DNA of 64,000 nt from Nitrosopumilaceae archaeon. GTDB lineage: Archaea > Thermoproteota > Nitrososphaeria > Nitrososphaerales > Nitrosopumilaceae. Of this stretch, positions 41,875 through 52,270 are shown in pieces; the first letter of the stretch is position 1, and each line of letters begins with the position of its first letter. The notes beneath the pieces are model-generated. The model was not told where the DNA came from, searched no databases, and was given only the letters and a program-made list of their open reading frames with translations. The position numbers and the translations under genes were made by a program. The stretch covers positions 544,001 through 608,000 of the forward strand of contig OZ242274.1 in the NCBI GenBank assembly GCA_965207375.1, read 5' to 3'.

Positions 41875-42372
41875 TTGTACTCTGCAACGTTTTATGCCAA
41901 AACATATCCATCACGGCGTCCCCACCTCAAGGAATACGACATGCAGTACGGGAACCTCATGTCGTACAAGCACTACATGAGGCCCGAGGCATACAGGCTG
42001 TATGGCAGCTCCTCAAAGCATAAAACTAGGTACCAGAAGGGAATGCAAGAGATCCTGCGAGTCATGTTTGAGAACGGGCCGTGCACCACGTGGGCATCGC
42101 CAAGCCCAGACTCTGCACCAAGGACGTCTCGCCGATCAGGGCAAAGGAGAAGGAATACAGGCGGCATACTTGACCTAGGCCTGGTTGTCAGGGAGAATGC
42201 CGGGCAGTACAGCAAGTACCGACTCTCACTGCACGGCATACTGTACTGCATCTACGTGTTGAACCCCCTGATGTCAATTTTGACCATATGGCTAAAACAT
42301 ACGTCAGCGTGTTTCCTAGAGTGTTTGACAGGTGGGGAGGGGGTGATCAAATCGGTCACAGGTGTTATGTAA
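41875..42372 (+). pseudogene. Decayed winged-helix-like thaumarchaeal protein
   Basis: ILRVMFENGPCTTW..., LDLGLVVRE and YRLSLHGILYC, with scrambled segments between; visibly GC-richer. Confidence 0.5.
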
Positions 42373-42425
42373 CTAGGCTGAAGCTTCAAAAAGCAAAACA
42401 ATTACGATTATTTCTAATCATAGAT

Positions 42426-42483
42426 GGTTTTAGGCACAAGTTTGCAATGCCATAAAAAATCTAGGCAGGACGATAACAATTAC
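42426..42483. repeat. Partial copy of the 40687 MITE
   Basis: GGTTTTAGGCACAAGTTTGCAAT..CCATAAAAAAT..AGGCAG.ACGATAACAATTAC. Confidence 0.75.
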
Positions 42484-42518
42484 AATGTTTTTAATATACA
42501 TTCTCTAAAATCATACCT

Positions 42519-43127
42519 ATGAAATTAACTGCAATCTGTATATTGTTTCTAATAACGCTTGTACCTCTAGTCTCTGCGCACCAAATTGACTCTGTAGGTC
42601 AATATAGAATCCAAATAGGTTGGATGCAGGAACCTGCAGTTTCTGGAGAATCAAACGGAATAGAATTGTATGTTAGTCCATTAAATGCCAATCTAGCCCC
42701 TGAAGAGCAGCCATTTAAGGATGGAATATCCGGACTATACAAGGATCTTAAAATCCAGCTTATCCTAAGGGGAGAAACAATTACTTTACCACTAAGGGCA
42801 GATCATAATATACCTGGAAAATATTTTACTCTGGTTGAACCAACAGTTGCCGGATATTATCAGGTCAACATTTTGGGCAATATTGGAGACACAATAGTAA
42901 GCAAATCCCTTCATGCTCCAAAAGTAGAAAATAAAACGTACCTGCAATTTCCACAGCTTCCATCTGATGATATCATACAAGAACATGAGACCTTTAAAGA
43001 CAAAATAATCCAGATGGAAAATTCAATTCAGAAATTAGAATCAACCCAGGCCTATTCAAATGTGGGATATGTCGGAATTGCAGTAGGTATTGTAGCCATT
43101 GTAATTGCTTTGATCAGACGTAAATAA
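42519..43127 (+). CDS. Secreted, C-terminally anchored protein
   Basis: Signal peptide followed by His, IGWxxEP motif, and a C-terminal TM with RRK. Confidence 0.75.
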   Translation: MKLTAICILFLITLVPLVSAHQIDSVGQYRIQIGWMQEPAVSGESNGIELYVSPLNANLAPEEQPFKDGISGLYKDLKIQLILRGETITLPLRADHNIPGKYFTLVEPTVAGYYQVNILGNIGDTIVSKSLHAPKVENKTYLQFPQLPSDDIIQEHETFKDKIIQMENSIQKLESTQAYSNVGYVGIAVGIVAIVIALIRRK

Positions 43128-44657
43128 TTACACCACAATTATCCCATTAGATATCAAAAACTCTATACCGCCAACAAACTCCTCATCAGAGATCAGTCCC
43201 TCTGACCACCAGCCCGCATTGCTCCTAACCCAGTCCGGTATGGTACTGCTGCTGCCAGCCGCATCTACACTCGACACTATTATGATATTTTGTTTTATCA
43301 AAAACTCTATACCACCAACAAACTCCTCATCAGAGATCAGTCCCTCTGACCACCAGCCCGCATTGCTCCTAACCCAGTCCGGTATGTCAGTTTCAGCATG
43401 GTACTGTACCCTGTCTATCACAATTGGTAGCTTTGCTGCTGCCAAAGAATTTCCAGCCAAATTTTCAAAATGAACATAAATTATACCCGTTACGTCTTTT
43501 GGAATGTTAATTTTTACAGAATCCCATTTTCCAACTTTATCGTTGCTTACACCGTTGCCCCGGAAAAGCATTTTTTCATTTTGAACTACATACATATCAT
43601 AATCAATCCCTATTGGCATGTCTTTTAGGAATACGTCTACGAATTTGTATAAAATCTCTAGTTCCTGACCCGATTTACCCTCTATAGTTTTCATGATAAT
43701 CTTGAACTGTCCATTTTTTGTAACTATCGAGAGGGGCAAGTCCTTTGCAGACGGACCTATGACAAAATCAAGCTGAGACTGCGCAATCTTGTTTTGATTG
43801 TATATCTCTAGTATGTTCTTTTGTGTCATGGTCAAATGTATCGTACGAATATTCTCTGTAAAGTCATCTATCTGAATTACCTCTTCAGGCATCAGCATTC
43901 CGTTTACCGTTGCAGACATCTCAGAGGTCATCAAATCGCCAAAATCCTTTGAAATTATAATTTCCTCATGCACTATTGATGTCTGATTTATGGCATCAAT
44001 CGATGTATCAAATGGCATACTAAAGGAAATCTCTCTGGATTTCTGATCATATTGCAAATCCTTGATTATGTCATAATATGATATATGCCTGATCTCTTGC
44101 ATCCCAAAATTTGCATCATTTACTGCATATTCTGTGATATCTGCCAAAGAGATTCCGGCATTCCATGTTAACGGAGGGTTTAGCTTGTTTGAATAACTTT
44201 CTGCAGTAATGACACTGATTTGAAACTGGTATAATCCTCCGTAATCAAAATACGGACCTGACACCCTGACTGCGCCTTTGTCCCCAAAGATAAATCCAAA
44301 CACCTCTGATTCTTTTTCTACAACAATGTGGTCACCTGAATTTATCAAATCAATTCTCAGCGTTCCAGAATCACTCTCAAATGTTTCATCAAAAAGCAAC
44401 TGATTCTGTTTTGATGCCTTGATGTGCCAGGTCACATCCTTTATTGGCTCACCTGTTTTCATATTTGACATTTGAAAAGTAAATTGTTGATCAATGTCTG
44501 AATCTGCAACAGTTACTGCATTTATCTCAACTAATACCTGCTTGTCTCCTAAATTCTTGGCAGGCAGTGTTTCTGAGCCTATTCCGTGCCCATCTGCCTC
44601 GCAGGCAACACCCAACGATACTAGTACCAACAAAATCATTGAAACTTTTAAAATCAA
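43128..44657 (-). CDS. Thaumarchaeal surface protein with two IPxWVxxNAGWW domains
   Basis: Signal peptide; tandem C-terminal IPDWVRSNAGWWSEGLISDEEFVGGIEFLI. Confidence 0.82.
   Translation of the reverse strand: MILKVSMILLVLVSLGVACEADGHGIGSETLPAKNLGDKQVLVEINAVTVADSDIDQQFTFQMSNMKTGEPIKDVTWHIKASKQNQLLFDETFESDSGTLRIDLINSGDHIVVEKESEVFGFIFGDKGAVRVSGPYFDYGGLYQFQISVITAESYSNKLNPPLTWNAGISLADITEYAVNDANFGMQEIRHISYYDIIKDLQYDQKSREISFSMPFDTSIDAINQTSIVHEEIIISKDFGDLMTSEMSATVNGMLMPEEVIQIDDFTENIRTIHLTMTQKNILEIYNQNKIAQSQLDFVIGPSAKDLPLSIVTKNGQFKIIMKTIEGKSGQELEILYKFVDVFLKDMPIGIDYDMYVVQNEKMLFRGNGVSNDKVGKWDSVKINIPKDVTGIIYVHFENLAGNSLAAAKLPIVIDRVQYHAETDIPDWVRSNAGWWSEGLISDEEFVGGIEFLIKQNIIIVSSVDAAGSSSTIPDWVRSNAGWWSEGLISDEEFVGGIEFLISNGIIVV
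43152..43386. repeat. 91-bp intragenic direct repeat (1 mismatch)
   Basis: 43152-43242 versus 43296-43386. Confidence 0.9.
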
Positions 44658-44659
44658 TA

Positions 44660-45607
44660 TTATTTGGCATCCGGCCTTCTCTTTTTAGAGTTTTGTGCCC
44701 TCCTAATCAACAGAGACAGCGTTGCACCTGCAGGAATTCCAATTATTGTTCCAAGACTTACATACGGTGCTATGAAGAAATTACCAATCCAAAGCCCGCC
44801 ATCTGTAGTTATCTCCATAAATGTTCGTGGACGTAATACTAGATGTACAGTTTTAGATTCTGTCTTTTCCTCATCTAGATGATCCTTGTATGTTATGATC
44901 ACCTCAAATGGCAGATTATATTGAGAATTAATTTCCTCTGTTGGAGTAATTATTTCAGATCTAAGCTTTACTGTAGTTGCTTTTTCTATGCTAGAAAACG
45001 TGTGTAGCGTCTGGCCCCTGAACTCAATATCTCTTGGCGGTATAATTTTCACATTTACGTCATATAGATCAATGTCTTGTGATGATATTTCCAGCTCAAA
45101 GGGAAATTCTGCATTGGTAAAAATTGATCCAGGCGTAATGGTGTGAATCTGTATTGTGGGTTGATTCTTGATAATTATTGGTATTGCTATATTAGTTTGA
45201 AATGGTTCTAATGGCCTCTGGTTGTCTTGCACTAAAACCTGCGAATAAGCTATGTTTAGAAAATGCGTACTCTTATTTTCTGCTGATGCATCAAAATCAA
45301 TTGTAGCTCCATAGGAACCCCCTTCTGCTATCCTTTCAATTGTGAGGTCGTTTTGTGATGGAACCAATGACGAAACCAAATCAAATTCAAATCGTATATC
45401 CTGTTTGTCCTCCCATCCCTTATTTTCTACAAGTATTGAAATTGAAAATTTCTGCTCAGATACCACCGATTCAGGATATATTATTGAAACATCTACTCCT
45501 CCATCCATTGTTTGCCTAAATGTTTCGGCGTAAATACCGTGTATCGCACCTGCCATGAAAATGGCCAGCATTAAAAGGTACAAAGGAATCACATCAATAA
45601 TTCTCAT
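44660..45607 (-). CDS. Secreted/membrane-anchored Ig-like (S-layer-domain-like) protein
   Basis: Signal peptide, two beta-rich repeats, C-terminal TM with basic tail. Confidence 0.7.
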   Translation of the reverse strand: MRIIDVIPLYLLMLAIFMAGAIHGIYAETFRQTMDGGVDVSIIYPESVVSEQKFSISILVENKGWEDKQDIRFEFDLVSSLVPSQNDLTIERIAEGGSYGATIDFDASAENKSTHFLNIAYSQVLVQDNQRPLEPFQTNIAIPIIIKNQPTIQIHTITPGSIFTNAEFPFELEISSQDIDLYDVNVKIIPPRDIEFRGQTLHTFSSIEKATTVKLRSEIITPTEEINSQYNLPFEVIITYKDHLDEEKTESKTVHLVLRPRTFMEITTDGGLWIGNFFIAPYVSLGTIIGIPAGATLSLLIRRAQNSKKRRPDAK

Positions 45608-45735
45608 TTATCGCTAAAGAAGTCTTTGATGCCTTTTTTTGGCAAAAATGGTATAAAAACGGCAGATGTGCCTAAAAATCATATTAAAAAAGTTATTGAT
45701 TAATAAATAGTAGGGTTCACTTTATAAAATCGACA

Positions 45736-46650
45736 ATGGTAACAAAAACATCTAATCCAAAAGAATTGTGCCCTCGCTGTGCAAAAGGCAAGCTCGTTAC
45801 TGACAACGAATCTGGTGAAATGTTTTGCTCTAAATGTGGATTTGTTCTATCTGAAAAAATCCAAGAATCTGGTCCAGAATGGAGATCATTTACACAAGAT
45901 GAGCACGGTGACAGAGCAAGAGCAGGTGCTCCTACATCGCTTACAATGCACGATATGGGACTTGCAACAATTATCAATCCTGTAAACAAGGACGCATCAG
46001 GAAGACCATTGACTGCTTCAATGAAAAGTACTATTGAGCGTCTGAGAACATGGGACAGCAGGAGTCAAGTTCATGAACCAGTTGACAGAAACTTTAGACA
46101 AGCATTTAGCGAATTGAATAGACTAAAAGACAAACTAGCTATTTCTGATGCTGTAATTGAAAAGGCAGCCTACATATATCGAAAGGCGCTTGACAAGGGC
46201 CTTGTTAGAGGAAGATCAATATCTGCCCTGATGGCATCTGCCTTGTATGCTGCATGTAGAGATACGGCAACACCAAGAAATCTAAAAGACGTAGAACAAG
46301 CTGCCAACATCAAAAGAAAAGATATTGCAAGGTGTTACAGACTTTTAGTAAAAGAACTAGATCTGAAAATGCCAGTCACTGATTCAATTCAATGTGTAGC
46401 CAGAATTGCAAGCAGAATCGGAATTGCTGAAAAAACAAAAAGATACGCAATCAAGGTTCTAAAGTCTGCACAAGAAAACGAGGTATCTGCAGGCAAAGAT
46501 CCAATGGGTCTAGCAGCTGCGGCACTGTATTTGTCCTGTGTAAAAAACGGAGAGGACAAGACTCAGCGTGACATTGCAGAAGCTGCCAATGTAACTGAGG
46601 TCACAATCAGAAACCGATACAAGGGATTAAAAGACTCTCTAAACATCTAA
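45736..46650 (+). CDS. tfb: Transcription initiation factor IIB
   Basis: Zn ribbon CPRC..CSKC, GPEWRSF and cyclin repeats ending TEVTIRNRY. Confidence 0.96.
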   Translation: MVTKTSNPKELCPRCAKGKLVTDNESGEMFCSKCGFVLSEKIQESGPEWRSFTQDEHGDRARAGAPTSLTMHDMGLATIINPVNKDASGRPLTASMKSTIERLRTWDSRSQVHEPVDRNFRQAFSELNRLKDKLAISDAVIEKAAYIYRKALDKGLVRGRSISALMASALYAACRDTATPRNLKDVEQAANIKRKDIARCYRLLVKELDLKMPVTDSIQCVARIASRIGIAEKTKRYAIKVLKSAQENEVSAGKDPMGLAAAALYLSCVKNGEDKTQRDIAEAANVTEVTIRNRYKGLKDSLNI

Positions 46651-46686
46651 ACACCCTTTTTTTGTTCACAGTATCTTGTACCAAAA

Positions 46687-48087
46687 TCATTGCGAATCTT
46701 TAGGTTTTTGCACAAATCCGCCCTCCTGACTTTCAGGTGCAGAAATCTTCTTTGCCCTGCCAAGACCTATTGTAGTCATTATTACAGATGACAAAATTAT
46801 AAAGAAAATAATCTCTGGATAGGCCTGAGCGTTTGGCAATCCATAAGTGATGGGCAGCGTAGCTAAGACTGCAGCTGCCAATCCTCGTGGAATCATTGTT
46901 CCTGTAACACTTTTGTCCAATTTTGAAAATCTCTTTGTTAGTGTGGTTTTTACTACCGTGACTCTTCCTATGTAAATTGCTATGGTGGCTAGTATGCCAA
47001 ATACAATGTATTCTATTTGGCCAAAACTTGCCAACAATCCTACAAACACAAAGAAAAATGATCTTACTAGAAATGTTAGCTGACTGTGCATAGAATCATC
47101 ACCTTGAATTCTTGGCAGCTTGAACTTGAGATATCGTGAAAAATGTTGCTTGTTTCCCAACATTAATCCAAACACTAGGGCTGTTAGAGCACCTGATTCT
47201 CCCAGCGTGTTTGCTAAAAAGAACAGTACGAACAAAATTCCCAACGTTAACATGTATGCATGCTGTGCATTTCCCAGCTTTGTTGTGACATACATCCACG
47301 GTATTCCAACACCAAATCCTAGAATCAATCCTACTATTACAGCGCGGCCTATGGTCTCTCCTAGTAAATTGATATCAAACTGATTTGTTAAAATTGCCTC
47401 AAATAAAATAAATGCAATAATTGTTGCTAAAATATCTGTCACGGCTGATTCAAAGCTCAGCATCGATTTTGTTTCTTCAGAAATTCTAAGATTTCTAACA
47501 AGACCAAACACGATTACTGAGCTGCTTCCTCCGACAATTACTGACAATAAAATACTGTCTAGCCACTGCCATCCCAACCCATAATGGGCAAACAGCGTCA
47601 CTATAGTTACAGATACTGCAAATCCTACAAATGCCAAAATAGATGCAAAATGCACCGTTTTTGCAATATGTTTGAAATCTAGATTCAATCCCCCATCGAA
47701 CATAATTATAATTAGTGCTATTGCTGCAAAAAATGGAACAATTTGAATTACAACTTCGGCCTGAATTATTCCTAAAAGCGGACCTATGATCACTCCAAGA
47801 ATCATTAAAAATGCAATATCTGGAATACCGGTTTTCTTAAAAAACGCCTCACCTGCAACCCCCAAGAAAATTACCACACCTGCTGCCAGCAACACCACAT
47901 GCGCATCTGCAATCGGGGCAGTCTCTGATGATAATCCCACAATTGCATTTTGTAAATCACCAAATCCGCTAAACAAGGAATTAGATTCTAATCCCTTGAT
48001 GTCTAGTGGCAGCTCATTTTGTTCAAAGTATGCCCTGATAACATCAAGCAGGCTATATAGCACCGGTATCATTGATTCAATTTTCAT
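46687..48087 (-). CDS. CPA1/NhaP-type cation:proton antiporter
   Basis: Many TM helices; FDGG, FESAVTD and PRGLAAAVLA motifs. Confidence 0.9.
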   Translation of the reverse strand: MKIESMIPVLYSLLDVIRAYFEQNELPLDIKGLESNSLFSGFGDLQNAIVGLSSETAPIADAHVVLLAAGVVIFLGVAGEAFFKKTGIPDIAFLMILGVIIGPLLGIIQAEVVIQIVPFFAAIALIIIMFDGGLNLDFKHIAKTVHFASILAFVGFAVSVTIVTLFAHYGLGWQWLDSILLSVIVGGSSSVIVFGLVRNLRISEETKSMLSFESAVTDILATIIAFILFEAILTNQFDINLLGETIGRAVIVGLILGFGVGIPWMYVTTKLGNAQHAYMLTLGILFVLFFLANTLGESGALTALVFGLMLGNKQHFSRYLKFKLPRIQGDDSMHSQLTFLVRSFFFVFVGLLASFGQIEYIVFGILATIAIYIGRVTVVKTTLTKRFSKLDKSVTGTMIPRGLAAAVLATLPITYGLPNAQAYPEIIFFIILSSVIMTTIGLGRAKKISAPESQEGGFVQKPKDSQ

Positions 48088-48318
48088 TACTATGGATAAA
48101 AGGCAATGCTGTCAAGTCCTATTCACCAAATTACACAGTAAATAGCAGCAGATTACTCAAAATATCTATACCTAGATTGATGTCCTGCTTGCTCCCTGTA
48201 TATCCTTACTCCAAAACGTGCGTCTTGATTACAGGTACAGATCTTTTTATTTTTGTAGAAAAGACACTCTGGTATGTTGCAGTGAATAGTAATTAACGCC
48301 TAAAACACTATACATTTC

Positions 48319-48867
48319 ATGAGTGGTACAGAAACACTTCGAAATGATCACAGGCAAATTAGAAGACTGCAAAAAGTCATTTTCCGATGTTACACATACC
48401 TGCATGGAGGTAGAAACATTCCCTTTTCTGATATGGATAAAATTACTCTGATAATATCTGAATTCTTAGATTCTATTCACTATGAACGTGAGGAAAACTC
48501 GTATTTTGCATGTGTTGCAGGTTACGACAGTCTAAATGAGGAAATTAGAAGGTTCATGATTGAACATGAGTTTGGTAGGCGAGTTGCAAGTAAAATTGCC
48601 AAACACCTCCAAGAGTGGAAATCAGGTAAAGATGCAAGAGAACCTGTGGCCAGATTCATGAAGACATATCATGTTTATCTCGAGGACCATCTTGGAAAAG
48701 AGGACAAATTTTTTGACGAGGCACAAAATAATGTGTTATCCTCTGAAGAGGAGACTGAACTATATCAACAATTCCGTTCCGTAATGACTGAAACTAGAAC
48801 AATACAACAAATGATACAAGAGATTGAATTTTTAGAAGATCAACCTTGGTACAAAGATAAATTATGA
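48319..48867 (+). CDS. Hemerythrin-like domain protein
   Basis: H...HYEREE...EH...HLGKED pattern. Confidence 0.85.
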   Translation: MSGTETLRNDHRQIRRLQKVIFRCYTYLHGGRNIPFSDMDKITLIISEFLDSIHYEREENSYFACVAGYDSLNEEIRRFMIEHEFGRRVASKIAKHLQEWKSGKDAREPVARFMKTYHVYLEDHLGKEDKFFDEAQNNVLSSEEETELYQQFRSVMTETRTIQQMIQEIEFLEDQPWYKDKL

Positions 48868-48909
48868 TCGCAAGCTCTTTTAAGCGGTTTTATTTCATCA
48901 TGAATTGAA

Positions 48910-49422
48910 ATGAGCTTTGTACTCTGGATGACGGGCCTGCCATGTTCTGGAAAAACAACAATTTTGAGAAAATTACAACAAAAAATTCCCAATTTGGCAA
49001 TGTTAGACGGAGATGAATTAAGAGAGTGGCTGTCTCCAAAGGATTTTTCCAAGGAAGGCAGGGATGAGCACAACAACAAAGTTGCACATCTTGCAAAGCT
49101 GCTTCTCAAACACAAGGTTCCCGTAGGCGTCTCACTTGTCAGTCCATATGTTGAAAATCGTACTAATGCACGAAAGGTAATTGATGCAGGACAACAATTT
49201 TCAGAAATTTACGTAAAATGTTCCCTAGATCAATGTGAATCACGTGATGTTAAAGGAATGTACAAAAAGGCAAGGGCAGGACAAATCAAGAACTTTACCG
49301 GATTAGATGATCCTTACGAAGCTCCTCAAAACCCCGACTTTGTAGTTGACACTGAAAAAGAATCACTTGATGAAAGTGTGGATAAAATCCTAGATTATCT
49401 CAAATCCCAGAATCTACTTTAA
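48910..49422 (+). CDS. cysC: Adenylyl-sulfate kinase
   Basis: TGLPCSGKTT, LDGD, RDVKGMY and FTGLDDPYE motifs. Confidence 0.95.
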   Translation: MSFVLWMTGLPCSGKTTILRKLQQKIPNLAMLDGDELREWLSPKDFSKEGRDEHNNKVAHLAKLLLKHKVPVGVSLVSPYVENRTNARKVIDAGQQFSEIYVKCSLDQCESRDVKGMYKKARAGQIKNFTGLDDPYEAPQNPDFVVDTEKESLDESVDKILDYLKSQNLL

Positions 49423-50232
49423 TTTTTTATATTTTTTTATGATGATATCGTGAATAACTCCGTTACTTGCTACAATGCCATTTTGATGGTTTACAATTTC
49501 GTTATTATACGTTAGATTGTTTCCCAAAGTATCCGTCATTTTGCCTCCTGCCTCTGTAATTATACAGTAGGATGCACAGGTATCCCATTCTTTTATCTTG
49601 TCTGTTGTTGTAATGTATATCTCTGCTGCGCCCTCGCTGATTTTTGCAACCTTTAGGGAACTTCCGACACTTGCAAATTCTTTAACCTTTAATTTTTCAA
49701 ACATTGCCTTTTCATGTTCCGATAAATGATTACGGCTACCAATTGCCCTGCAATTTTTCAAATTCTTTTCATTGGTTACATGAATCTGTGTCCATGTCTC
49801 ATTAGAATATCTAAATGCACCAGAATTTTTTTGTGCCATAAACAATGTATTTCCTACAGGCCAAAATATAACACCTAAAACGGGAACTGATCTTTTCACC
49901 AGTGCAATCATAATTGTAAATTCTCCAGTACGTTTTACAAAATCCGACGTTCCATCCAATGGATCAACAACCCATACATATTCTTGTTCCAATCTGCTTT
50001 TCTCGTCTTTGTCCTCTTCAGAAAGAATCCAATGATTGGATTTTTTCAATATTTCTTTGATTGTGTTGTTACTTTTGATATCTGCCTCTGTAATTGGCGA
50101 ATTATCTTTCTTTATTTGTGTGGAGAATTTACTTGAATACACATCCATCACATCTTTTCCGGCCTCCAATGCGGCTTTAATAGCATATTTTAATTCTGGT
50201 TTTGGATTGACAATTGGCAAAATATCAATCAT
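49414..50232 (-). CDS. cysQ: 3'(2'),5'-bisphosphate nucleotidase
   Basis: LSEE, DPLDGT, GSSLK and EWDTCA motifs. Confidence 0.92.
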   Translation of the reverse strand: MIDILPIVNPKPELKYAIKAALEAGKDVMDVYSSKFSTQIKKDNSPITEADIKSNNTIKEILKKSNHWILSEEDKDEKSRLEQEYVWVVDPLDGTSDFVKRTGEFTIMIALVKRSVPVLGVIFWPVGNTLFMAQKNSGAFRYSNETWTQIHVTNEKNLKNCRAIGSRNHLSEHEKAMFEKLKVKEFASVGSSLKVAKISEGAAEIYITTTDKIKEWDTCASYCIITEAGGKMTDTLGNNLTYNNEIVNHQNGIVASNGVIHDIIIKKYKKLK

Positions 50233-50458
50233 GACTCTCTCTAGTCAACTCCGGTTTGAGTGTCCATACTATACCTAACACTACAAATGGAATTGACATT
50301 ATCCCTATAATTCCTAAAATTGTGTAAAATTGTTTTTCTGGAACAGCTGGATTGTTAATTAAAACCGGCAGCGGCAGTGTGATTACAAACCAAATAATTG
50401 CTAGCAATATGAGCATCCTGGCTTTTTTCTTTTGCTCCGGTTTCATGATTTTTTCCAA
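50225..50458 (-). CDS. Small two-TM membrane protein
   Basis: Two hydrophobic helices; overlaps the cysQ start. Confidence 0.65.
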   Translation of the reverse strand: MEKIMKPEQKKKARMLILLAIIWFVITLPLPVLINNPAVPEKQFYTILGIIGIMSIPFVVLGIVWTLKPELTRESHD

Positions 50459-50620
50459 TTTTTAGACTATTAATTTGATGTGAATTATTTGGAACAGGAT
50501 TTTTCAGCCTACCGCATATGTAAAATTTGAATCGCATCAAGCCAAACCGTGCACATACGAGATTGGAATTGAATACCTAGTTCTGTTACAAATCGTGTTT
50601 ATACCATGTTATTTTGAGAG

Positions 50621-50650
50621 TACTTGTTCACGTAAGAACTAATTTGTACC
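50621..50650. repeat. Fragment of the IS66-related end seen at 35640
   Basis: TACTTGTTCACGTAA..AATTTGTACC is shared with 35640-35669. Confidence 0.5.
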
Positions 50651-50951
50651 TAGATGATGTAATGATTGAAAAATTAGACAAAGGTGAACAAGTACGATCA
50701 CCGATGAAATAACAAAGATGACACCGTACGAAAAGGTATCAGATACTCTATGACACACTCAATACCGAAAAAATCAATCTAGCGCATGATGAGAATTTAG
50801 ATAGCACTTTAGGATGCTAATTCTAAAATATCTTCAATCTGCGTATTTTTCATAAAATATGAATTTTAAACAAAATAATTCCAAAAAACCTAATATTTTA
50901 TTGTAAAATATCATGTTAAATGTTAAATAGCTAAATATTATATAAGAAATA

Positions 50952-51069
50952 ATGCCGAAGGATATAATTCCTATCGACTAAAATTGCGTGATCCCGCAGA
51001 ACAAATGAATGTAGACATTGTGTCTGAGGAGAGGAAATCTCTCAAGGTTCTGCAGAAAAGGGGTCACGC
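50952..51069 (+). ncRNA. Candidate structured small RNA
   Basis: GC-rich nested stems in an AT-rich intergenic region; TTAAATAG 29 nt upstream of 50952. Confidence 0.45.
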
Positions 51070-51073
51070 CTAA

Positions 51074-51508
51074 TTATTCTTTTAACAAACTAACTGATAC
51101 GGGCCCTAGCAAATTTCCATTCGGATTAATAATAATCTGTACCTTCTGTACTTTAGTATTGTATATGGTGTTTTGTCCCAAATACTCCCACGTGTAGTAT
51201 TGTGCAATTTCTGTAGTATGTGCCGTTCCTTTTAGCTCAAAGTCCTCCTCTAACAAAGCTGTTTCTCCCCTAACAGATATGGACAAAATTTTTGGACTGT
51301 CTCCATTAGGCGTGAATTTGAGCCTGTAATTTCCAGGTTCTAAAACAAACTCGTCAGAAAAAACCCCACCAATATACAGTTCTGGATCAGCCAAGGTCAC
51401 ATGAAATATCCTGTCATCTTGCTTCTGCTCGCCTGTATCTAGCATTGCTATAACTATGATGATACCGATAATAATTACTCCAATCATGCCTAGTTTACGT
51501 TTTGCCAC
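51074..51508 (-). CDS. Membrane-anchored hypothetical protein
   Basis: N-terminal TM helix followed by a beta-rich domain. Confidence 0.7.
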   Translation of the reverse strand: MAKRKLGMIGVIIIGIIIVIAMLDTGEQKQDDRIFHVTLADPELYIGGVFSDEFVLEPGNYRLKFTPNGDSPKILSISVRGETALLEEDFELKGTAHTTEIAQYYTWEYLGQNTIYNTKVQKVQIIINPNGNLLGPVSVSLLKE

Positions 51509-51631
51509 AACTCTATCTGCAAGTCAATTGATATTAAAATTTGGTCAAAATTTAGTTTGTTAGTGAAATTTTACGACTAGCTAAGCATCTTTGACACGCG
51601 ATATTAAGTATATAATTCTAAAGAATCATGC

Positions 51632-52270
51632 ATGAGTGGAATTCAAAATAAATGGTCCAAGACACCGTCACCGTCGATATCTGAAAAAATCAGCGACGTG
51701 ATAAAACCAAAAGGTGCTCTAAAACCACGAGTTTTGAATGCAGTACAGAAATTACAAAAACAAATTGCAAAACTTGATGCAATGCTAAACAAACTACAGG
51801 AACGAGACACAAAAATTTTTCAGCGCATTGTTGAGGCAACACAACAACACGATGCTCATACTAGCAAAGTTTTATCCAATGAGCTAGCCGAAGTACGAAA
51901 GGTAACTAAAATTTTAGGAAACGCAAGGATGGCACTAGAACAAATTGAATTGCGATTAACTACATACAATGATCTTGGCGATACTGTAACTACGATTATG
52001 CCTACAATCGGCTTGATGAAGAACATGAAATCTTCACTATCAAAATTCATGCCGGGAGCAGATCAGGAAATATCTAGTATGGCAGAAATGTTGGGCGGAT
52101 TTATGGTTGATACATTCTCTGGAGAAGCATCATTTGGTATAGATGCCCCAAGCAATGAAGAGACTGACAGAATTCTCCAAGAAGCATCAGCTGTTGCAGA
52201 AAATTCTGTCAACGACAAATTCCCAGACATGCCAACATCTACTGCCGCCACAGAAAGTAAATTCATCTAA
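51632..52270 (+). CDS. Snf7/ESCRT-III (CdvB-like) protein
   Basis: Helical hairpin, NELAEVRK..ALEQIELRL and ILQEASAVAE motifs. Confidence 0.9.
   Translation: MSGIQNKWSKTPSPSISEKISDVIKPKGALKPRVLNAVQKLQKQIAKLDAMLNKLQERDTKIFQRIVEATQQHDAHTSKVLSNELAEVRKVTKILGNARMALEQIELRLTTYNDLGDTVTTIMPTIGLMKNMKSSLSKFMPGADQEISSMAEMLGGFMVDTFSGEASFGIDAPSNEETDRILQEASAVAENSVNDKFPDMPTSTAATESKFI

Noticed and set aside
41756-41914. Extended N-terminus of the 40946 ORF (similarly 62657-62737 for cysH and 30711-30782)
   Set aside because: TATA spacing, signal-peptide position or overlap with neighbours favour downstream starts.
43152-43386. Template/variable repeat pair of a diversity-generating retroelement
   Set aside because: Only one synonymous mismatch, both copies are coding, and no reverse transcriptase is present in the window.
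50952-51050. Glycine-riboswitch words (GCCGAAGG, GGAGAG, CTCTCA) and hammerhead-like CTGAGGA
   Set aside because: Motif order is wrong for a glycine riboswitch and no gene follows; the hammerhead GAAA after stem II is absent.
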